A stretch of 64,000 nt of DNA from Octopus sinensis. Taxonomy: Eukaryota. Positions 53,761 to 64,000 of this stretch are shown here, one piece after another. The DNA lies in assembly GCF_006345805.1 (NCBI RefSeq), contig NC_043020.1, positions 24,366,001-24,430,000 on the forward strand, in the 5' to 3' direction. Each line of letters begins with the position of its first letter. The first letter of the stretch is position 1. Under the pieces are notes generated by a model. The model had not been told where the DNA came from. It worked only from the letters and a program-made list of their open reading frames with translations, and searched no databases. The position numbers and the translations under genes are program-made.

Positions 53761-54804
53761 CTTTACAACAGTTAATCGCGTTCGGTTAATGACCGAAATT
53801 CAAACGTCACCCATATTCTGGTGGAGGAAAGTTAATGAAATAAAGGACCACTCTGGTAGGGCTCACTCAGTCATATTGCACAAGACCCCTAATGTACGGG
53901 TCTTGGGTTAGAGTTAGAAATCCATGTTTTACAGAATGCCTACAAAAAGCAAAACAACAGAGATTTGAAATAACGATTCGATTAATTGCTATCGAACGAT
54001 TTCTATTCCTGATCATTTGCTTATCGAGAAGTCTTAGAGAGAGTCATGTAGGTGTCACGTAGCAACAAAAACAATTGAGATGGGCTAAAAGAACGAACCA
54101 TCCATTCTCACTCCTGTGGATGGTTACCTCTAACCTGATGAAGGCGAATAGCCAGATAGTTTGGGACTCGTAGACACCGGATACGTACAGCGTTATAGAT
54201 CCCAAAAGAAATGCATCTATCTCTGCAAAACCTGAAAAACATAGACTAGTGACCTGACCGAAACTACTGAAGACTCCAAAATCTATTCAGATGATCCCTC
54301 AAAAGGTGTGTGTGTGTGACTGGAGTGGGTCGAGTTGATCAGGGGACCTGTTAGAAAAAACAGTAAAATCTCTCTCAAATTACAACTTATGTACTTAAAA
54401 AAGGAAGAAAGCGTGTGTATCTAGGATATTGTTGTTAGTCCTGGAAATATTAAACCTTAATGGCTGGGTCATCACATTTAGAAAGCAACTTTGATCGTAG
54501 GGCCACACGGTTGACCAAAAGATAACCAACAAAGACAACAGCTATGGTACACTTTATTATATATAAATATCATACATAAAGATATCTGAAATCAGTAATA
54601 AATTGCTCTGAGCAGATTTTTTTACCACCAGTACAGGCTATGGCTACTCAACTCATAGAGCCCTTCTATACATAAAAACCATCCTAAAACTAGCAATCAA
54701 ATAAAATTACACTCCCTTGCATTGAAAATAGGAAATAACTAGGATAATTTCATTCTCTATTCACCCAAAGACCACACAAACAAGGTTGAAATATCTTTGA
54801 ACAT

Positions 54805-54945
54805 AGGCGAAGGCGTGGCTGTGTGGTAAGAAGTTTGCTTCCAAATTGCATGGGTCTGGGTTCAAAAATAGTTCTGATATAGCCTCGGGCCGACAAAAGC
54901 CTTATAACTGGATTTGGTAGAGGTAAAATGAAAGAATCACAACCT
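54805..54945 (+). mobile_element. SINE family A, 5' part
   Basis: GGCGTGGCTGTGTGGTAAGAAGTTTGCTTCC...GGGTTCA...ATAGCCTCGGGCCGAC...GGATTTGGTAG. Confidence 0.85.
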
Positions 54946-54964
54946 ATACATGGTGGTACAGGGC

Positions 54965-55052
54965 TTTGCTCGGCCAGATGCCATGTATTGGGAGAGAATC
55001 CGGACCCATATGGTTGAGAAGCGAATTTCTTACCCCCACAGCCACGTCTGCG
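54965..55052 (-). mobile_element. SINE family A head in opposite orientation
   Basis: Reverse complement reads GACGTGGCTGTGGGGGTAAGAAATTCGCTTCTCAACCATATGGGTCCGGATTC. Confidence 0.8.
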
Positions 55053-55184
55053 CATCTGAATGATATTTGCTGTAGTTGCTAATGAGAAGATAAAGCAGAA
55101 CAAAGATGGGGGGGGGGGGAAGAAGAAAAGAGGAAGAAAGAATGAGAGAAGATGTCTTACATCGGTCTAAGATAATAAACTTTG

Positions 55185-55340
55185 AGAGGGTGGGGTTAGT
55201 CGATAATATAAAATCCAGTAATTGAATGGTAATATATTTTATGCCAGGAGGCATGAAAGGTAAAGTGGCTTGAGCGGGATTAGATCTTAGGATGCAAAGA
55301 TAAATGAAATTTTGTCCGATGATTTACTGATTCCGCCAAT
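55185..55340 (-). mobile_element. SINE family C, degenerate
   Basis: ATGAAAGGTAAAGTGGCTTGAGCGGGATT...GATTCCGCCA, comparable with 41225-41430. Confidence 0.55.
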
Positions 55341-55376
55341 TATGATGAGGTAAAGAAGAAAGTGGGAAGAGGAAGG

Positions 55377-55465
55377 AGAAGAAGAAGAAGAAGAAGAAGA
55401 AGAAGAAGAAGAAGAAGAAGAAGAAGAAGAAGAAGAAGAAGAAGAAGAAGAAGAAGAAGAAGAAG

Positions 55466-55507
<42 letters not shown>
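55377..55507. repeat. (GAA)n(CAA)n compound microsatellite
   Basis: Direct reading. Confidence 0.97.
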
Positions 55508-55508
<1 letters not shown>

Positions 55509-55968
55509 CAAGGATGTACGATGCCATTTATATTTAGACTCAATAACTTGTGAACTTCGATGTTGGGAAATAATGAAGATGACTGATCAGCGACATAATT
55601 CGATTAGTGATAATCTATCACAACGCGTTTACATACGTGTGTGTGTGTATATATCTCAGTGTGTGTATGTGTGTGTGGTAAATATATATATATATATATT
55701 ATATATATATATGCACACATACGTGTGAGTGTGTGTAAATATGCGGGAAATATAAATGTAAATACATATGTATTTGAGTACGTGATGTATGTATGTAAGT
55801 GTATATAAGCATGTGTATGTATAGAAAATTGATGAATAATTACTTAAATATATGAAAAATTACATGTGACTAAGTATTTACCGTATAATCAGACCAAGAT
55901 TTAAACAGATAAACATTTCAAGGTGGAAAAACACAAGATCAAACACTAGCATACACTATTATGCATAA

Positions 55969-56060
<92 letters not shown>

Positions 56061-56124
56061 GAGAGAGATATGTATGTATATATGTGTATATATATATATA
56101 TATATATAAATGTGTGTGTGTTTG

Positions 56125-56154
<30 letters not shown>

Positions 56155-56155
<1 letters not shown>

Positions 56156-56497
56156 TCTTTTACTCTTTTACTCTTTTACTTGTTTCAGTCATTTGACTGT
56201 GGCCATGCTAGAGCACCGCCTTTAGTCGAGCAAATCGACCCCGGGACTTATTCTTTGTAAGCCCAGTACTTATTCTATCAGTCTCTTTTGCCGAACCGCT
56301 AAGTGACGGGGACGTAAGCACACCAGCATCGGTTGTCAAGCAATACTAGGGGGACAAACTCACACACACAAACATATACACACACACACTTATATATATA
56401 TATATATATATATACATATATACGACAGGCTTCAGTGGGACTGAACCCGGAACCATGTGGTTGGTTAGCAAGCTATATACCACACAGCCACTCCTGT
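56155..56497 (-). mobile_element. SINE family A, young copy with internal deletion
   Basis: Nearly identical to 2127-2561 but lacks the segment between ACGACAGGCTT and CAGTGGGACTGAACCC. Confidence 0.92.
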
Positions 56498-56539
<42 letters not shown>

Positions 56540-56540
<1 letters not shown>

Positions 56541-58061
56541 CAGAATAACTTAGAAAGGTTTTGGCCAGTATTGGCCCAGGCCATGTCTAATTTAATAGCA
56601 CCACCTGGCGAAGTCTTTCAATTCAGGATTTGGGCACCAAGGCCCATTCGAGCAGAGAGTTATTGTTTGCGGAGACATATCCGGGTGTGGATGGTTTGTT
56701 CGGGACTGTTTGAAGGAATTTGTCCAAAGACTTCTTGAATTTTGTGTGGTCAGTTTCTGTTTTGACGTGTCCTGGTGTAATGTTGAAGAGAGCGGGTCCC
56801 ATTGAGGTGAAATAATGGTGCCGTGTTGTTGTTAAGAGATGCAATTTAGATTTTTGTTGTGAACGGATGGTACGGGGTCCAAGTCTCGGATGTATTTTGA
56901 AGGTGATGCCAACATCATTTGGACAGTGTTGAAAGCATATTTTCCACATCATACAGATAATGTAGCGTTCACGTCGTCGTTGGAGTGAGTACAGTTTCAG
57001 CTTTTCTAGTCTACCCCAGTAGTCGAGGTCTGACATGCCATCTATCTTTTTCGTGATTGGCCTGTGGGGAGTTTCAATTTTCATAATATTTTGTTTCGTG
57101 TAGGGAGACCACAGTGGATAGCAGTATTCAAGGTGGGGTCGGGCAAAAGTGGAGAAGAGAAGGATAATGGTGTGGGAATCTCTCGACTGGAAGGTTCTGA
57201 GAATCCAGGAAGACATTCTGCGGGCCATTACTCCCAAGTCTCTGATGTTGTTGGATGCCATGAGAATTTCACCAGAAGGAAGGGAGTATGGGAGTTTCAG
57301 GGCGTCCTCCCTTCCAAAGTGGATCAGTTCGAATTTGTCTTCGTTTAGCAACATGTTGTTCTTTTCCGCCCATTGGACAACAGACAGTAGGTCTGACTGA
57401 AGGCTTATCCGGTCACCCACGCCATTGATGACCTTCTGGAGCTTGGAATCATCAGCGAAGGTTCTGATGTTACTGTGTTTGATGGTGTCAGTAATATCAT
57501 TTATGTAGATGATGAAGAGAAGTGGGCCCAACACAGTGCCTTGTGGGACACCACTGCTGACTTTGGCTGGGCTGGATTTGACTCCTTCGACTACATGTTG
57601 GGTTCTGTTAGACAGGAAGCACTTGATCCGCTGCAGCAGCTTTCCAGTGACACCAATATTGAACAGCTTTCTCAAAAGGATCTTATGATCAACCCTGTCA
57701 AAGGCCTTGCTGGAATCAAGGTAGATAACATCAGTGTTGGAACCCTCTCCCAAGGCTCTCAAAATGTCATCAAAATGATGCAGTAGCTGCGTCAGGCAAT
57801 CCCTTCCATTACGAAATCCATGCTGGTTGGAGTTCAGCATATTATGACTCTCAAGGAAGTGAGTCATTCGCGATCTCACCACTCTCTCAAATACCTTAAT
57901 GATATGAGAGGTGAGTGAGATTGGACGGTAATTCACGGCAAGGAATTAGTTTCCTTTATTGAAAACTGGGACAACAGACTGGGATAGAAGGTTTTCTGGT
58001 ATATATCCAGCATCAAGTGAATTCCACCACAGATTGGCTAGAGGGGGTGCAAGTTGGTGTT
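56540..58061 (-). mobile_element. 5'-truncated CR1/L2-group LINE of a second, divergent family; RT ORF 56623-57936
   Basis: NYRPISLTSHIIKVFERV, QHGFRNGR, YLDSSKAFDRVDH, GVPQGTVLGPLLF, FADDSK, RDLGV, RPHLEYC..WSP, LYSLQRRRERY. In-frame deletion after DLGV; homology continues upstream across a stop (HQLAPPLANLWWNSLDAG). Confidence 0.95.
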
Positions 58062-58063
58062 AA

Positions 58064-58282
58064 ATCTACTACCTAACTGTAGAATAGCTTTTTGCTTAGT
58101 GCACTCAAATGTATCTGGGCTGGGTTCATCTGAATAGGAATTGATTTATTGGTTTTGGCATTTGTTCCACCCCTTCCTATATCTATAAATAGAAAAATTC
58201 TTTGTTTCCATCCTACCGAAAATCCCCCTCCCTACTGATAGATCTAGATAACAAAGTTAAGATCTACACTTAGGTAGTAGAT
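58064..58282. mobile_element. TTAA-bounded MITE, 219 bp, superfamily uncertain
   Basis: 20-bp TIRs ATCTACTACCTAA(C/G)TGTAGA with one mismatch; TTAA at 58060-58063 and 58283-58286. Confidence 0.85.
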
Positions 58283-58681
58283 TTAATACTATCATGTTCT
58301 TAAGATGTAAATCAACCTTTCTGTCTGTATATCAACCCTCTTTATAACGTTGGCAAATGAAAAAGGAGTAAGAATGTGCATTGTCCAGTTGTTTGGAAAA
58401 TTTCTAAAGGTGGCTGAAGATTGCTCGACATTTGAAAACTGATGTAATGCTTACAGTGTTTAATAAAATGAAGTAGCATGAAACGATCGTACCACATTAC
58501 CTCGGATATACTTGTTGATTATTTTGATTGTAATCACCCCGTGGATTCATATGGATATTACCATACAAAATTCGGGTGCCTTTGACTTAAGTACCATATT
58601 CATCTGAATCTAAATTTTGCTGAACTTATATATATATACATATGAACGTATATATATATGTATATATATATATATATATAA

Positions 58682-58712
<31 letters not shown>

Positions 58713-58886
58713 GGTATATGTATATATCTATATACGTATAGGTATATGTATATATCTATATATATATATATATATATACAGATAGGTAGATAGGTAGATA
58801 GATATACATACATCTTCTAACAGACACACACGTAAATATAAACACTGAAACATATTATATATATATATATATGTATACACTCAATC

Positions 58887-58938
<52 letters not shown>

Positions 58939-59711
58939 TATATATAATATATATATATATTCATAAATACCCATGTTTAAATGATATATTAAATTGAAGG
59001 TATCCCATATATTGAACTAAAGTTTTGGATGCTAGTAGTAATCGCTCGGAATCGCTGACAAAGTGTCCCTCTGGCAGCGTTTGAAAAGCCCCAAAACAGC
59101 AGACTTTGGCTGACGAAACGACTCAATATATGAAAAAATTATAATATAAATTACGATTTTATTGATGACATACTCCTGGTTTCTCCAACTCTGGCTTATT
59201 TGTACTGAAAGCACTCAGAGAAACTCACGCATATCGGCAGAGACACAGTGATACAGATAAATGGGAAAATTGCATTATGTGTCTCTGCTTTTACGTCAAG
59301 ATATATATATAAAACAATTTAGCATTAAAATGAAGAATCACGCAACACATCAGTCGAGTATATATTTATTAATTTTTTACAGGTGAAAGGTTCACTAAGA
59401 CTTCGAAATTGCTACAGTCTCTCGTGGGAAAAATAATATACATATGAATTTATAAACACACACATAAACGTGTGTGTATATATACATACATACACACACA
59501 TATTATATACATAATTGTGTGTATATATATATATGTGTATATATCTGTGCGTATGTGTGTATTCATATGTGTATGTATATATATATTATTTATATAGGTA
59601 TGAATATATGAATATATACATATATATATATATAAACGTATATATATGTGTGTGTGTGTATACATATATATATATATATACGCATTTATATATTTATGTA
59701 TGAATATTTGA

Positions 59712-59745
<34 letters not shown>

Positions 59746-59778
59746 GTATATATATATATATGTATGTATGTATGTAAG

Positions 59779-59809
<31 letters not shown>

Positions 59810-59866
59810 GTATATATATATATATGTATGTATGTATGTATGATATATATATTATATATATGTATG

Positions 59867-59924
<58 letters not shown>

Positions 59925-60657
59925 TATATATATATATATATATGTTTGTATATATGTGTTTCTATACTACATAGACGCGCATGAACCTCGGTAGTCCGAT
60001 TCCAGATCATTTCTGTGTATTCGTGTTTAAGTGAGTGTCTATGTATCAATTAAAATTAATCAATATTTGTTAATTTAATTAGCTGACACAAAAGAAAACA
60101 AGTCTTTCTTTTCCTCCTCATTTTCTCTTTTTTATTCTCTTTTATTTCTTTGTTTTCTCTTTTGTCTTTCCTTTTATTCGTCTTTGATAGTCTCTCATCT
60201 CTTTCGTCCATTCTAAAAACAATTACAACACGGAGGGGGGGGAGAGGGCGATGGACGGGGAACGAATTTCGGAGAGGGAAGAAGAGGGTGAGGGAGAGGG
60301 AAATGCACCAATCAGTGCTCTGCCATTTTCTCTTTCTCTCCATTATTCTCTCTCTCTCTCGCTCTCTCTGTTTCATCCCACCTCTTCTCCCTTCTCACCC
60401 TCTGCCAATTCTACTTCTTCCCTCTTTCCCTCGTTGCGTCTACGGCATTTTCTTTCACATTTCTCTTCTATTTTCATTTCCACTCGTTCTCCCCCCCCAT
60501 TTTTTTTCTTTTCTCTCTTTTTCTATTCTATCTTTCTTTTAATTTCTCTCTCCCTAATACTCTCACGCTACTCATGTCATAGTGATCCTCGACAGTTTCT
60601 CTTTTTGTTCTGGTTTTACACCAGCAGTGTTTATGTGTATCTCTGTATAAATACTTA

Positions 60658-60702
<45 letters not shown>

Positions 60703-62930
60703 TTGTGTGAGTGTGTGTGTGTGTGTACGTGTGTATCGCCCTCTCTCACTCTGTGTCTTTTATGTTGTTTTTTTTATCAACCGAATCATTCTCGTATTAA
60801 GACGAACAACAGTAGCGGTTGTAGTCGTACTTGTTTCCAGATCGTCATGGGTAAGTGGGAACACTATTGTCACGCTTGTAGTTTTGCAGTGTTATTTGTG
60901 GTCACGGTAGTAACTCCAGTAGTTATCGTAGCGATGGTCATTCTCTCCTGTTGCGGTTTTACAAATATCAGAAACTGTAGCATTTTCAGTGAGAATTTAT
61001 AGGCATGGCAATGACTCCAGCTTGTTGCAGCAGAAATTGTAGTATTGGTAGTAGCTTAAGTGTTTACAATGATTGTTGTAATAAGTGCCGGCTATAGTGT
61101 TTGCTTTGCTCTAAGTCGTTGTTGTATTGATTGCAGTTGTAGTGTCTGTACTGGTTGTTGCAGAGTTGGTGATAGTTGCAGCATCTGTAATGGCTGACAT
61201 GAAAATGTTGATTGTACTCTATAGATGATAACTGTATTCTTTGTCACACTGTAGCAGTGATTCGAAACCAAATCGCTAGGTAGCCGAGCAGACATCACGA
61301 TCAAACCACAAGAGTTTCACGTAGTTGGTCTATTAAGCGACCACTCTCCTTCAAGCCATCGCAGGATTCGATTTTCTAGAACCTTCTCATAGTGCAGTTT
61401 TGGGTGGTAACCGTAGAATGGTGAGGCAGCCGCCCGGTTTCTCTATTCTCATTGCCACATCCTTCCGATGACATGTAGCAGGCAGGAATTTTTGTCGACA
61501 CGAATATAACGTAATTATTTTCCAGTTGTTATGAACCAGCCAGAGATTGCTATATCAGCTAACTTGTAAATCCCAAGCAATAAATATCTCCTATGTAATT
61601 AAAGCTGTTATTATTTGTAAAAGACCAACTCAGTTAAAACTTTGAGATGGAATAAACTTTGTCGTTCAAAAGCGTTTTTACTTTACGCCGACCAAGACAT
61701 ACACTTTCACCCACAAACTCAACGGCTACTATAGCAGCATATGACGGAACAGCACACTTATAACAGTAGTAGTGGTAGTAATTCTAGTGCCTGTAATGAT
61801 TGTTATGGTATTGGTTGTAGTTGGTGTATCTGTAACAGTTGTAATGCTCTGCTTTCGCTAGTTTCGCAGTTGACGGCGTTTATGTTGCGAGTGGCCACTA
61901 CGTTGGCAATAGTATTTATTATGGTATAGACAGCAGTTGTAGTGTCTGTTATTTTTGTAGTGATGTGATGGGTTTTTAGTAACTATGGCAGTTGCAATAA
62001 TCATTTTTATGATCAATGCGCTTGTTATGATTGTAACGATGACAGCTGTGGTGGTAGTGGTTATTACTGTGTAGAGATCACTACAGTAGATTTTGCAGTG
62101 CTGGTTGCGTGTGCAGTAGATGTTGTAGTTAGGTGTTAGTAGTATAGAAATTTAAAGTGATATTGTAATGATGTTTATTGATAGACGTAGTAACTGCAAC
62201 TCTTTTTTGCTGTTGCCATTGCGCTGATGCTAGCTCGGATGGTTGTTTAGGATAGGACGGTGGGGGGGGGGTGATGAAAAAATACATGTTGCATCTTGTT
62301 ATTGTACAGTTTGTGTTATTGTTGTTGGTGTATATTATTTTCACTCATTTTGTTCACCCCAAAATAAACAACTTTCAAAATGGCGCCTACATTTTCAACA
62401 TTTTCCTTTATTTGCTAGTATATCGCTGTGTCGAGAAAATTAATAGGAGCGAAAAATGGCGAATTGTTGAACAAAAAACAAAAATGAAAGAAAAGCAACG
62501 GAAAAATCAAACACAAAAAAAAGCTCATCATACCCAACCAAACAGCACAAAACCATTTCATAAAAGAGTTTCTCCTCTCTACCAAATCTGATTGGTCAAT
62601 ACAGATCAAGGGCTTCCCTATAAACCCCACCATGTCATTTTTGCGTATTTTATTTTATTTGATACCATTTTTTTATTCATTAATGTTTATTCGTTCTTAT
62701 TTGTCTCACAAGCTCACTCTTTAATCATACCCACACCTTTTTTCCTTTCTAATTCTGTCTGTCTGTCTCTCTACATACACACACACATATAGATATATAA
62801 ATACATACATACATATACACACATACATATATGCATACATACATACACATACTTATATATATGTATGCATACACACATATATATATATATACCTATATAT
62901 ATGCATACATGCACACACATATATATGCAT

Positions 62931-62975
<45 letters not shown>

Positions 62976-63105
62976 CACCTACATATATGCATATATGCGA
63001 ATACATACACGTACACACAATATATATATATATATATACACGCACATATATGCATATATACACATACATATATATTTATATATGTATATATATAATGTAC
63101 GTATG

Positions 63106-63139
<34 letters not shown>

Positions 63140-63349
63140 ATACGTATACCCGGCACTTCTTCCTCTCCTCCTCCTCATTCGTTTAGCTCTTCTATGTTTG
63201 TTCATTTGTTGATATGTTTTTATTCTTTGTTACTGATTAAGTTTTTCTTCGCGCATGCGCAATCATGCATGGAATCAGTTTCTGTCGGGATTGTTTTTTA
63301 TTTATATAGTTCTTTTCTTTTCGCTATGCACCAATACCATTACTAGTAC

Positions 63350-63714
63350 AATTATTATTATTATTATTATTACTATTATTATTATTAATATTATTATTAT
63401 TATTATTACTATTATTATTATTATTATTAATACTATTATTATTATTAATACTATTATTATTATTACTATTATTATTATTAATACTATTATTATTATTATT
63501 ATTATTCATATAATTATTATTATCATTATTATTAATATTATTATCATCATTATCATTATTATTATTACTATTTTTATTATTCATATATATATATTATCGA
63601 TATTAATATTATTTCATTATTATTACTATTCATATTATTATCACCATTATCAATCATTATTTCATGTGTTTTATTATTATCCTTATTTTAATATCACTGT
63701 CATCATCATTACTC

Positions 63715-63766
<52 letters not shown>

Positions 63767-63800
63767 CATCATCATCATCATAATCATTATAATTATTGCA
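63350..63800. repeat. Degenerate (ATT)/(ATC)n array
   Basis: Direct reading; source of the poly-I and poly-N ORFs. Confidence 0.95.
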
Positions 63801-63939
63801 CAAATAATAGTACTACGCTAGTACGTTTAGTTTCATCTTGATGTTCTTATTAACGTTAGTATCACTGCTGTTAATACGATTATTATTAATAGTAATAAAT
63901 TTATTATTATTCTTCACATTGAGATTATTATTATTAATG

Positions 63940-64000
63940 TGACGAGCTGTCAGAATGGATCGCACGCGGAACAAAGTGTTTTGCGGTATTTGGCCTTCCC
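63940..64000 (+). mobile_element. SINE family C head, cut by the window end
   Basis: GACGAGCTGTCAGAAT...GCACGCGGAACAAAGTGTTTTGCGGTATTT resembles the family C head. Confidence 0.55.

Noticed and set aside
58272-58283. AGGTAGTAGATT, let-7-like sequence
   Set aside because: It is part of the MITE TIR and lacks the TG start and 3' half of let-7.
60900-62230. GT-rich region with Q/L/T-rich ORFs
   Set aside because: Decayed (GTA/GTT/GCA)n low-complexity sequence with frequent stops; no coherent reading frame.

Overview
This is AT-rich eukaryotic genomic DNA, very dense in microsatellites ((TA)n, (TACA)n, (CA)n, (GA)n, (GATA)n, (TAA)n, (TAC)n, (GAA)n). The SINE repertoire and repeat density suggest an octopus (coleoid cephalopod) intron or intergenic region; this is an inference. 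I can support no host protein-coding gene, and almost every ORF in the track is a translated microsatellite. All recognisable coding sequence comes from transposons: three 5'-truncated CR1/L2-group LINE reverse-transcriptase copies (17.7-20.0 kb +, 46.2-47.2 kb +, 56.5-58.1 kb -), RTE-like RT remnants and four Tc1/mariner transposase fragments. The window also holds more than 20 tRNA-derived SINE copies of at least four families (labelled A-D here) and several MITEs. The most interesting patterns are: (1) a two-hairpin 3' tail with compensatory changes shared by all three LINEs and the main SINE family; (2) repeated LINE insertion in (TA)n arrays; (3) degenerate Penelope-type minimal hammerhead ribozyme motifs in short islands; (4) several long foldback elements; (5) a few speculative promoter, enhancer and micro-exon candidates. 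I cannot support a claim of a new biological system. The findings are leads, and repeat boundaries are approximate because they were read by eye.
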